A stretch of DNA of 57,372 nucleotides from the NCBI GenBank assembly GCA_030693425.1, contig JAUYAM010000003.1, forward strand, positions 1 to 57,372, written 5' to 3'. Under the pieces are notes generated by a model that did not search any database, had not been told where the DNA came from, and saw nothing but the letters and a program-made list of their open reading frames with translations. Of this stretch, positions 43,589-51,123 are shown piece after piece (position 1 is the first letter of the stretch; each line of letters opens with the position of its first letter). The translations under genes and the position numbers were made by a program. The stretch is from a bacterium (GTDB lineage: Bacteria; Patescibacteriota; Minisyncoccia; Minisyncoccales; GWA2-46-15).

Positions 43589-43835
43589 GTATCCGATATC
43601 ATTATCGGATACTAGAAATATTAAGGTAATTTTCTTATCTGTTGAGTTTCCGTTGAGGCCTAACCTCAACAGGAGTAAATCCCTACAACGAGGAATATAC
43701 GGTTCAGCTACGACCGTAGCTGAAAGTGAAGTTAATACCTTCTCCTTGACCTTATTTTTCTTAGTTGACGACTGTCGTCAACGAGGGCACATGATATTTC
43801 GGGTTAAGGCGTGTGCTTAACCTGGTTAAGCACAC
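43589..43835. repeat. Array of five different perfect palindromes spaced 47-63 bp apart
   Basis: 43589-43612 gtatccgata/tatcggatac; 43652-43670 gttgagg/cctcaac; 43703-43724 ttcagctacg/cgtagctgaa; 43764-43782 gttgacgac-t-gtcgtcaac (REP family 1); 43811-43835 gtgtgcttaac/gttaagcacac. Confidence 0.85.
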
Positions 43836-43915
43836 AAGTTACTGACCAACTGAAAAGAGATGACAGGCAAACAATATCTGTGTAAATGATACACATTAGC
43901 ACTATATTGCACAAT

Positions 43916-45016
43916 TCAAGGCCTCATCGCCATGCTCTGAATAATTCCCAAACCGATGAAGGTAGCTATCAGGCTGCTCCCCCCATAACTTATTAAGGGG
44001 AGAGGGATGCCAATAATCGGCAAAAGCCCCAGATTCATGCCGACGTTGATAATTATCTGGATAATCATAATAATTGCCAACCCGGCAGAAAACAGCCTCG
44101 GGAAATTGCTCTGACTGACCAGGCTAAGCCTGATCATTCTCCAGATTAAGACAATAAACGCCAAAAGAACCAGTCCGGCTCCGGCCAAGCCCCATTCTTC
44201 AACAACGCCGGCAAAAGCAAAGTCGGTCTGGCTGGCTGGCAGAAAACCGTATCTGATCTGGGTTCCGTTGCCAAAACCCTTGCCGAAAAGGCCGCCGGAA
44301 CCAATCGCCACCTTTGCCTGAGCCTGGTTCCAGCCGCTGCCTAAGGGCGCAAACGAAGGAGAAAGAAAGCTGGAAATCCTGTCCTTTTGGTACCCCTTAA
44401 GAAGAAAAGACCAGCTCAGAGCCAGAAGAATCAGGCCGCAAAGGCAGAGAATCAAAAAGTGCCTCAGTTTGATGCCGGAAACCAGAAGCGTTCCTATCCA
44501 AAGAAAAACCAGGATAATGACCGAACCGACTTCTGGCTGAAGCAAAATTAAGATAGCGGGAGCTAAAACATACAGTCCGGAAACCAGTATATGGCGTATC
44601 CGATAGACCTCTACGTGACGAGTGGAAAAATACTTAGCCAGCAGAATTATCAAAACTACCTTGGTAAACTCTATCGGATCGAATGAAACCGGACCGAAGC
44701 GGTACCAACTCCGGCTGCCGCGGATATGAGGAGCAAAGAACAAAAGACCGACTAGGCCGACCAGGCACAGAGAGTAGAGAATGACCAATAAATAGGGCCC
44801 GTCGCGAAGAACCCGCCAGTCAAGAAAGCTGAAAACAATCATCAAGGCAATCCCCGCGAGCAAGAAGACTGTCTGTTTCTGGAAGTTAAAAAAAATTCCC
44901 AGGTAATAGGAAGAGCTGAGAATAGTCGTCAGGCTCAATCCGGCCAGCAAAAGGCTGGGAATAATTATCAGCCAGTCAAGAGATTTAAGTTTTTGATAAA
45001 AACTGGTAAAAGACAT
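43916..45016 (-). CDS. SEDS-family peptidoglycan glycosyltransferase (FtsW/RodA/SpoVE)
   Basis: 366 aa, about 10 TM helices, with conserved GSGWNQAQAKVAIGSGGLFGKG and LPASQTDFAFA. Confidence 0.92.
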   Translation of the reverse strand: MSFTSFYQKLKSLDWLIIIPSLLLAGLSLTTILSSSYYLGIFFNFQKQTVFLLAGIALMIVFSFLDWRVLRDGPYLLVILYSLCLVGLVGLLFFAPHIRGSRSWYRFGPVSFDPIEFTKVVLIILLAKYFSTRHVEVYRIRHILVSGLYVLAPAILILLQPEVGSVIILVFLWIGTLLVSGIKLRHFLILCLCGLILLALSWSFLLKGYQKDRISSFLSPSFAPLGSGWNQAQAKVAIGSGGLFGKGFGNGTQIRYGFLPASQTDFAFAGVVEEWGLAGAGLVLLAFIVLIWRMIRLSLVSQSNFPRLFSAGLAIIMIIQIIINVGMNLGLLPIIGIPLPLISYGGSSLIATFIGLGIIQSMAMRP

Positions 45017-45054
45017 GAAGTTTTCGTGGAATATTCAAACTATTCTGAAATATT

Positions 45055-45636
45055 TCACGACTTTTGCTGCTCTTTTTCTGTTTTTTCTTCCAGCTTAAAA
45101 ACCTCCCTTAAAAACAGGTCTTGTTCTAGGTTTGCGGATTCGAATAATTTTAAGTTTTCTGCCGCCAAACCAAAAAAGCTGCGCAAAGCGCCAATTTCCT
45201 TCCGGCATGGAAAAGGAATTATACAAACGTCTTTTTGAAAGAAATGGAAACCGAGTTTTTTCAGCTTTTTGCGGATAGTTTCTTTCAAACGCTGATTTCC
45301 CAGAATGTCCAGAATCACCAGCCGCCATTCTTTATCCCAGCGTTTGGGGCGTCTAATTTCGAGCCAATCGATCTGGCACTTGGCCGCTTCTACTTTTCCT
45401 GCCGACGTCAGCTGGATGGAAAAATAATCCTCTTTCAGCTGTCCAACAAGCAGGTTTTTCTTTTTTAAATAATAAAAGGCGTCTTTGACGACTCTTTCTT
45501 TCAAGGGCTTGCCGCCGAAAAGCTGTCGGTAAACCTCGATCCAAAACCGGGGAGACTGTTTGTTGATAACAATCTCTTTTTTAGCCAATAGTTTTTTTAA
45601 GATTTCTTGGGAAATAACCCCTTTGATTCTAGCCAT
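45055..45636 (-). CDS. Putative PaaX-like / Cas2-fold regulator (hypothetical)
   Basis: Start chosen at ATG 45636 (MARIKGVISQ...); the track ORF extends to 45714. The segment KRWDKEWRLVILDIL...RKKLKKLGFHFFQKDVCIIP resembles the PaaX C-terminal/Cas2-like ferredoxin fold pattern. Weak. Confidence 0.55.
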   Translation of the reverse strand: MARIKGVISQEILKKLLAKKEIVINKQSPRFWIEVYRQLFGGKPLKERVVKDAFYYLKKKNLLVGQLKEDYFSIQLTSAGKVEAAKCQIDWLEIRRPKRWDKEWRLVILDILGNQRLKETIRKKLKKLGFHFFQKDVCIIPFPCRKEIGALRSFFGLAAENLKLFESANLEQDLFLREVFKLEEKTEKEQQKS

Positions 45637-45751
45637 GTTAATTAATTTGTGGAAAATGATAATGCTTATTACATATTCCACGGTTACAAGTTGTTTTATT
45701 GTACAATATAGCAAGATTGCCTGGCAAGCCCCGCCTGCTCTTTACGTATAA

Positions 45752-45790
45752 AAAAGGAACTTAGTTCCTTTTAAAGGAACTAAGTTCCTT
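45752..45790. repeat. Two adjacent palindromes AAAAGGAACTTAGTTCCTTTT and AAGGAACTAAGTTCCTT (variant of the AAAGGAGCTWAGCTCCTTT family with a compensatory G>A / C>T change)
   Basis: Read directly, in the ligA / PaaX-like spacer. Confidence 0.85.
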
Positions 45791-45809
45791 AGGAAGTTCC
45801 TTAGAAGAA

Positions 45810-47915
45810 TTATTTTAAGATCTTTAAAAACTCTGCTTCTGTTATAACTTTGACTTTCAGTTTTTCTGCTTTTTCTAATTTAGAGCCAGGGTTTTCCCCG
45901 ATGACCAAAAAGTCTGTATTTTTGGAAACCGATTCCGAAATTTTTCCGCCCAGATCCCTGATTTTTTGTTTTGCCTCTTCCCTCGTCATTGCTTTTAAGT
46001 TGCCTGTTAAAACAAAAGTTAAATTTTTCAGTCTTGTATCTGGTATCTGGTATTTAGTATTTTGGATAACAATGCCGGCCCTTTTCAGCTTTGCTAAAAA
46101 CGCCAAGTTTTTCTTGTCTTGGAAATATTCATAAATCGATTTGGCGACTATCGGCCCGATATCGTAAATGTTTTGCAAATCAGATAAAGTTGCTTTTTTT
46201 AAATTTTCTAAATTGCCGAAGCGTTCTGCCAAGTCTTGAACCGTTTCCTCTCCCGCGTTCCTGATTCCCAAAGCGAATATGAATCTCGGTAAATCAATTT
46301 CCTTTTTTGCTTGAATCGCTTCAATCAAATTCTTGGCCGACTTTTCCGCAAATCCGGATATTAAGGCTTTCGGCTTGCCCCGGGACAATCCCCTCCCTGA
46401 AAGCACGTCTCCTTCTTTCAAAGAAAACAGATCGGCCGGATCGCCAATCAAATCCGCGCTAAGGAGCTTGTCAATAATTCTCGGGCCCAATCCCTGAATG
46501 TCAAAAGCGCCCCGGGAAACAAAATGGGAAAACCACCGCCTGGTTCTGGCAAAACAATTTGGATCTTGGCACCGCCAGACGACTTCGGCATCCGGCTTGA
46601 CCAGCTCGGTCCGGCAGGAAGGGCACTTGTCGGGAAAACGGAAAGTTCTTTCCCTGCCGGTCCGCAATTCTGGCAAAACCTCGAGAACATCGGGAATGAC
46701 GTCTCCGGCCCTTCCCACCACCACCGTGTCTCCTACTTTTAATCCCAATCTTCTGACTTCGTCTTCGTTATGTAAAGTGGCTCTAGAAATGGTAACCCCT
46801 CCCACCTGGACGGGCTTTAAAATAGCTACCGGGGTGATGGCTCCGGTCCTTCCCACCTGGAAAATTACATCTTCAACTACGGTCGTTGCCTGTCTCAAAG
46901 GAAACTTAAAAGCAATCGCTCCCCTCGGCGCCTTGCCGGCGATCCCGAGCTTTTCAAAAATAGAATCTTCGTTGATGACAACGACGATGCCGTCGATCTC
47001 GTAGGGAAGTTGCTCGCGGTTCTTCAGCCAAGACTCCCGGAAAGAAACGACTTCCTCCAGATTTTTGCAGAACTTAGAGTATTTATTGTTGGTTTTAAAG
47101 CCAAGAATTTTTAAAATCTTATGCTCCTCTTCGTGAGTTTTCTGGCCAAGGTCAGAAACCAATTCATAGACATTGACGTCCAAGCTCCGGCCGGCAGTGA
47201 CCCTTGGATCCAGCTGGCGCACCGAGCCTGCGGCCAGATTTCTGGGATTGGCATAGAGAGACAAGCCCTTTTTCACCTGCTCCCGGTTTATCTTTAAAAA
47301 GTCTTTTGTCCTGATAATCGCCTCCCCCCTGACAATAACTTCGGCCAAACCCTTTTTTTTAACAACCCCGGCAATCTCGGGCAACCCTTCCTTGTTTAAA
47401 CCTTCTAAAACGTCCTTGAGGCGGCGCAGCCTCAAAGGAAGAGACTCGATCGTTCTTAGGCTTTGAGTGACATCTTCGCCCCAGACGCCATCGCCCCTGG
47501 TCGATCCGGTTTTCAAGATCTCTTTTTGGTAAACCAATTCTATGGCCAGGCCGTCGAGCTTGGGCTCGCAGTAAAAATTGATTCTTTCCTTTTCCGTCTC
47601 GGGTAAAAGCTTTCGATTCCTTTCCAGCCAATCCTCCATATCTTCTTTGGAAAAGGCATCGTTAAAAGAAAGCATTGGCTTTGCGTGCCTTACCTTTGAG
47701 AACTTTTCCAAGGGCTTGCCGCCTATCCTCTGGGTGGGTGAGTCGGGCGTTACCAGATCAGGAAATTTCTGTTCCAAATCAAAAAGCTCTTTTTTAAGAG
47801 AATCTAAAATCCCTTCGGAAATCTCTGTTTTATCGAGAACGTGGTAGAGATAACGGTAATGGTTAATCAGGGCTTTGAGCTTTTCGGTTCTTTGACGAGC
47901 CTCTAATTTGGTCAT
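45810..47915 (-). CDS. ligA: NAD-dependent DNA ligase
   Basis: 701 aa. Adenylation motif CEPKLDGLA, Zn finger CPSCRTELV...C..PNC, HhH repeats and a C-terminal BRCT (TFVLTGNL...REEAKQKIRDLGGKI). Confidence 0.97.
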   Translation of the reverse strand: MTKLEARQRTEKLKALINHYRYLYHVLDKTEISEGILDSLKKELFDLEQKFPDLVTPDSPTQRIGGKPLEKFSKVRHAKPMLSFNDAFSKEDMEDWLERNRKLLPETEKERINFYCEPKLDGLAIELVYQKEILKTGSTRGDGVWGEDVTQSLRTIESLPLRLRRLKDVLEGLNKEGLPEIAGVVKKKGLAEVIVRGEAIIRTKDFLKINREQVKKGLSLYANPRNLAAGSVRQLDPRVTAGRSLDVNVYELVSDLGQKTHEEEHKILKILGFKTNNKYSKFCKNLEEVVSFRESWLKNREQLPYEIDGIVVVINEDSIFEKLGIAGKAPRGAIAFKFPLRQATTVVEDVIFQVGRTGAITPVAILKPVQVGGVTISRATLHNEDEVRRLGLKVGDTVVVGRAGDVIPDVLEVLPELRTGRERTFRFPDKCPSCRTELVKPDAEVVWRCQDPNCFARTRRWFSHFVSRGAFDIQGLGPRIIDKLLSADLIGDPADLFSLKEGDVLSGRGLSRGKPKALISGFAEKSAKNLIEAIQAKKEIDLPRFIFALGIRNAGEETVQDLAERFGNLENLKKATLSDLQNIYDIGPIVAKSIYEYFQDKKNLAFLAKLKRAGIVIQNTKYQIPDTRLKNLTFVLTGNLKAMTREEAKQKIRDLGGKISESVSKNTDFLVIGENPGSKLEKAEKLKVKVITEAEFLKILK

Positions 47916-47949
47916 ATATTTCTCTTCTTTTCTATTATATCACTTCTCA

Positions 47950-47977
47950 TCTAAAAATCCCTGCCGAAACAGGGATT
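47950..47977 (-). terminator. Rho-independent terminator downstream of the second transposase gene
   Basis: Minus strand AATCCCTG-tttcgg-CAGGGATT followed by TTTTAG. Confidence 0.5.
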
Positions 47978-48000
47978 AAGAAGCTAGTATTTATAGTTGT

Positions 48001-48019
48001 CCCGAGGTCAGACCTCGGG
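48001..48019. repeat. REP-like palindrome family 2 (CCCGAGGTCAGACCTCGGG), 3' of the transposase gene
   Basis: Perfect 19-bp palindrome 20 nt downstream of the stop at 48039. Confidence 0.9.
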
Positions 48020-48038
48020 TTGCTTCTATTATTTATTA

Positions 48039-48749
48039 TTACTCCAAACCGATTTTTTCCGGGTCATAAAAACTACCCTTATAATCAATTTGTTGATTGA
48101 TAAGATCACGGCACCTTTTTTCTCCGCCAATCGTTTTTAATAAAAATTTCCTTTCGCTGACTGATGGAAAATTCTTCTTGCCAATATAGTCTAGATAACT
48201 CGACCAACGATAATTTTTTAGAAAATGTTTAGCCCTTGCTCGATTTCTGATGCCTTTTTCTTTCCATTTCGGCTCAATAATGGCAAGCGGGTTGGTGTGA
48301 ATATAAGTGAGAACCCTTTCCAGCTGTTTATCGGTCTTGATGTGAACGGCGTGAAACCGTCCCTGAAATAAATGACCGCTACGTTTGTATTTCCGATTAA
48401 AATAAGAGGCATAACCAGTACCCAATTTTTGGATAAATAGACTGATGCCCTTGGGTTTTATCTGCCGTAAAAGCAAATGAATATGATTGGGCATTAATAC
48501 AAAAACTAAAACCTCAACTAATAAAGTCCGTTCAAAATTACCCGAGGTCAGACCTCGGGCCATCTGTTTTTTAAAACGAAAACGCTCTTTTCTCCGATCT
48601 TTAATAGATACTGGTTTGGCATTATTGAACTCGAATAAGGAAAAAATCCCGCGGTAATGATCCGCTTCGTCCAAAAAAATCTGCCTCTGCTCAACTCCAC
48701 GGAGAACGATGTGGTAAATTTCTCCGTCAACTAGCTTTGGTCTTTTCAT
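48039..48749 (-). CDS. IS200/IS605-type Y1 HUH transposase-like protein (second, divergent RAYT-like gene)
   Basis: 236 aa with IYHIVLRGV, the HUH motif in LMPNHIHLLLRQ, GHLFQGRF, and the catalytic-Tyr helix LTYIHTNPL. Confidence 0.88.
   Translation of the reverse strand: MKRPKLVDGEIYHIVLRGVEQRQIFLDEADHYRGIFSLFEFNNAKPVSIKDRRKERFRFKKQMARGLTSGNFERTLLVEVLVFVLMPNHIHLLLRQIKPKGISLFIQKLGTGYASYFNRKYKRSGHLFQGRFHAVHIKTDKQLERVLTYIHTNPLAIIEPKWKEKGIRNRARAKHFLKNYRWSSYLDYIGKKNFPSVSERKFLLKTIGGEKRCRDLINQQIDYKGSFYDPEKIGLE
48541..48559. repeat. REP family 2 palindrome inside the transposase ORF
   Basis: Perfect copy, in frame, encoding ARGLTSG about 20 aa upstream of the HUH motif. Confidence 0.9.
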
Positions 48750-48779
48750 AAATTTGGAAAAGCGATCCGAGATCTAGCG

Positions 48780-48800
48780 TCCCGAGGTCTGACCTCGGGA
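48780..48800. repeat. REP family 2 palindrome (TCCCGAGGTCTGACCTCGGGA), 5' of the transposase gene
   Basis: 21-bp perfect palindrome. The central base is T, so it is inverted relative to the other two. Lies 31 nt upstream of the start. Confidence 0.9.
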
Positions 48801-48836
48801 CAATCTGGTTATTGGGTTATGGCGGGTCGCTTTAGA

Positions 48837-49190
48837 TTAACGGACAATGCGAATTCCTCGTTTGACGTCTTTGTAAGCGCCGATCGATTTAAGGCAATAA
48901 TTCAATCCCGGGCAATCGAGGCCGGGACTCAAATAGTCGACTCCGTAGCTGGCGCCGTTTAACTGCTCTTCCCATCGGGTCTGAGTCGATCCATTAACCA
49001 GAGCATAAAGGGATCTTTCGATCCCGGTTTCGGCGGCGTAAAAAGCGGCGACAGAATTTCCTATATTTCTCAGGCTTTTTATCTGGCTGGTCAAAAGGAT
49101 AGAAGATCCCAGAGCGACGCTCAAAACTAAAGCCAGAATCATGACCGTCAAATAAAGGGAAACTCCTCGGGAAAATTTGTTATTGGGCAT
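48837..49190 (-). CDS. PilX-like minor pilin (N-terminal PilX_N-type anchor)
   Basis: SRGVSLYLTVMILALVLSVALG followed by AAFYAAETGIERSLYAL, the typical PilX N-terminal pattern. Confidence 0.7.
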   Translation of the reverse strand: MPNNKFSRGVSLYLTVMILALVLSVALGSSILLTSQIKSLRNIGNSVAAFYAAETGIERSLYALVNGSTQTRWEEQLNGASYGVDYLSPGLDCPGLNYCLKSIGAYKDVKRGIRIVR

Positions 49191-49207
49191 ATATCCAAAA
49201 AATATTA

Positions 49208-49765
49208 TTACTTATCAAGCCTTCTTTGGGAAAGACTCGTCTGAACCGTCAGGAAAGGCTCCATCTCCGGTTTTGCGCTTTTCCTCTTCAGGGTCAGGGA
49301 AAAAGTGACTCTGGGCTGAAGGTCGTCTGCCTGGTCCTGGCCCGAAAGGCCGACGCCAAAAGCAACTGCTTGCGAGTTTTCCGACGTCAGAAACTGTTCC
49401 TGGGTGTCTTTTTTCTCCTTGAGCCTGCTGGTTGAGACATCCAAAAAGAATTCCTGGCAAACATTGTCAGAATTAACAAACTTTATCCCCTTGCCGCTCC
49501 TGGTAGTCTCATAGTTCAAATTGGGGGCTGAAAGACAGCCCGTCGTCTCTCTCTTTGCCATTCTCAAAGATCTGCTCATATATTCCATCAGGAAAGAGGT
49601 CTGGTCAAAAATAGTTTGAAAAGCCAGAGACCGGCGCTGGCTCTGAAAGTTAACCAGAAAGATATTGCCGACAATGGCAACGACAACAGAGAAAAGCGTT
49701 ACCGCCACCAGCAGTTCAACTATTGTCAGTCCCGCGTCACTTTTAGTTTTATCTTTAGAATTCAT
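49208..49765 (-). CDS. PilW-like minor pilin (prepilin-type N-terminal domain)
   Basis: Start chosen at ATG 49765 (MNSKDKTKSDAG|LTIVELLVAVTLFSVVVAIV), 9 nt after the upstream stop. The track ORF start at 49834 overlaps the upstream gene. Confidence 0.78.
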   Translation of the reverse strand: MNSKDKTKSDAGLTIVELLVAVTLFSVVVAIVGNIFLVNFQSQRRSLAFQTIFDQTSFLMEYMSRSLRMAKRETTGCLSAPNLNYETTRSGKGIKFVNSDNVCQEFFLDVSTSRLKEKKDTQEQFLTSENSQAVAFGVGLSGQDQADDLQPRVTFSLTLKRKSAKPEMEPFLTVQTSLSQRRLDK

Positions 49766-49773
49766 AATTGTTT

Positions 49774-50385
49774 TCACCAATTGTAAAGCTTTTCGCTGGC
49801 TAAAAAAGAATGCGTCCTGCCTTTTTCTTGCCAAAGAACCTGGACCTCGATTTTCAAGATATCTGTGTCTGGGTCCGGGTTTTCCGAAGCGTCTTCTGTC
49901 GTCAGAGTAATTTTCCTCTGGTAGCTCGTCGCCTGGCCTAAAGCATAATTGTAAAAACTGCCGTCGTTCAGCAAATTACGCCCTGTTGTCCAAGGAGTTA
50001 AAGACTGGCTGGAATAATCTGCTTCGCAGCCAGTAGCAGCGCATCCAGTCAGGCCGGTCAGCCAATCAACTTCTTTTACTTTATTGCTATCTCTTAAGTT
50101 CCTAATGATTTCTATTCCTTCCTGGGCCAGATAGCTTGCCATCAGCCTTTGCCCGGAAAGCGGCAAAAAACTCGTCGTTTGCTGGACCAGCGAGAAAACG
50201 GCGATAATGGCGACAACCATTATAAACAAAGAAAACAAAACTTCCAAAAGAGTGAACCCCCACACCAAGCCTTTATTGGGCTGTTTGTTTACACTAACCG
50301 AAGCCGATAGGCGGCTTCGCCTTATAGCCAATGGAGATTTACTAGTTAAACGCGGGTTTGGTGTGGGGGTGAATCCGTTTTTCAT
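49774..50385 (-). CDS. PilV-like minor pilin with a 39-codon insertion in its leader peptide
   Basis: MKNGFT-[insert]-WGFTLLEVLFSLFIMVVAIIAVFSL, then LAQEGIEIIRNL (PilV-like). Confidence 0.82.
   Translation of the reverse strand: MKNGFTPTPNPRLTSKSPLAIRRSRLSASVSVNKQPNKGLVWGFTLLEVLFSLFIMVVAIIAVFSLVQQTTSFLPLSGQRLMASYLAQEGIEIIRNLRDSNKVKEVDWLTGLTGCAATGCEADYSSQSLTPWTTGRNLLNDGSFYNYALGQATSYQRKITLTTEDASENPDPDTDILKIEVQVLWQEKGRTHSFLASEKLYNW
50256..50370. repeat. 115-bp hairpin element, copy A, inside the pilin leader-coding region
   Basis: Terminal stem ACCCCCACACCAAGCC / GGGTTTGGTGTGGGGGT, central hairpin GAAGCCG-ATAGG-CGGCTTC, and TTCAC direct repeats 117 bp apart (50373-50369 and 50256-50252, minus sense). 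Confidence 0.85.
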
Positions 50386-50386
50386 T

Positions 50387-51031
50387 TTAATAAATTTCGA
50401 TTAGACCGGCTTTGTTAACTCTAATCGTCTTATGCTTGCCTGAAACTTGTTTTATGGCGACGGTTGCCGTCGCCTCGTTGGCTCCGCCGGAAATCGTTAC
50501 CAAGGGGATCGGTGGCGTAAAAACGACGTTCAAAACTGAACCAGAAGACAGACTGCTGATTTCCAGTCTTTCTCCCAAACTAACTTCTTCTACTTTCTCC
50601 GAATATCCGCCTTCGCAAGGAGTGCCGGCAGCAGTATATTGGTAGTTTTGGTCGCAATCGGCAAAAAGAGTATAAAGGCTATCTCCTGCCCTTAAATAGA
50701 CGCCGTAGCCTCCTCTGGGGATTTTCCCGTGAAATTCTTTGGCAGACATGGCCATTTCCTCCATCCTTCTGAAATCCTGACCGAGCTTGGCCGCCGATTC
50801 TTCCAGGGAAAAACTTTTCTCTCCCAAGCGGTAATTTACCAGAACCAAAAAAAACAAAACCAAAATGATAGTCATCACCACCAGCAACTCGATCAGGGTA
50901 AACCCCCACACCAAACCTTTGTTAGGCTGTCTGTTTACACTGACTGAAGCCGATAGGCGGCTTCGCCTTATGGTCAATGAAGATTTACTAGCTAAACGCG
51001 GGTTTGGTGTGGGGGTAAAACCGTGTTTCAT
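50387..51031 (-). CDS. FimT/GspH-like minor pilin with the same 39-codon insertion in its leader peptide
   Basis: MKHGFT-[insert]-WGFTLIELLVVMTIILVLFFLV, then EESAAKLGQDFRRMEEMA (GspH/FimT-like). Confidence 0.82.
   Translation of the reverse strand: MKHGFTPTPNPRLASKSSLTIRRSRLSASVSVNRQPNKGLVWGFTLIELLVVMTIILVLFFLVLVNYRLGEKSFSLEESAAKLGQDFRRMEEMAMSAKEFHGKIPRGGYGVYLRAGDSLYTLFADCDQNYQYTAAGTPCEGGYSEKVEEVSLGERLEISSLSSGSVLNVVFTPPIPLVTISGGANEATATVAIKQVSGKHKTIRVNKAGLIEIY
50902..51016. repeat. 115-bp hairpin element, copy B, inside the pilin leader-coding region
   Basis: 16-bp perfect terminal stem. I count 10 mismatches to copy A over 115 nt. TTTACC direct repeats lie 117 bp apart (51019-51014 and 50902-50897, minus sense). 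Confidence 0.85.
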
Positions 51032-51034
51032 TTC

Positions 51035-51123
51035 AACATTTTAACATTTTAACATTTTAACAGCCAGAAACTTCCTAACCCATAATGTTAGAATGTTAGA
51101 ATGTTAGGATGCTAGGATGCTAG
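51035..51123. repeat. Two octamer arrays in inverted orientation: (AACATTTT)x3.5 at 51035-51062 and (AATGTTAG)x3 + (GATGCTAG)x2 at 51084-51123
   Basis: Read directly. The arrays fill the spacer between the FimT-like start (51031) and the upstream gene stop (51120). Confidence 0.85.
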
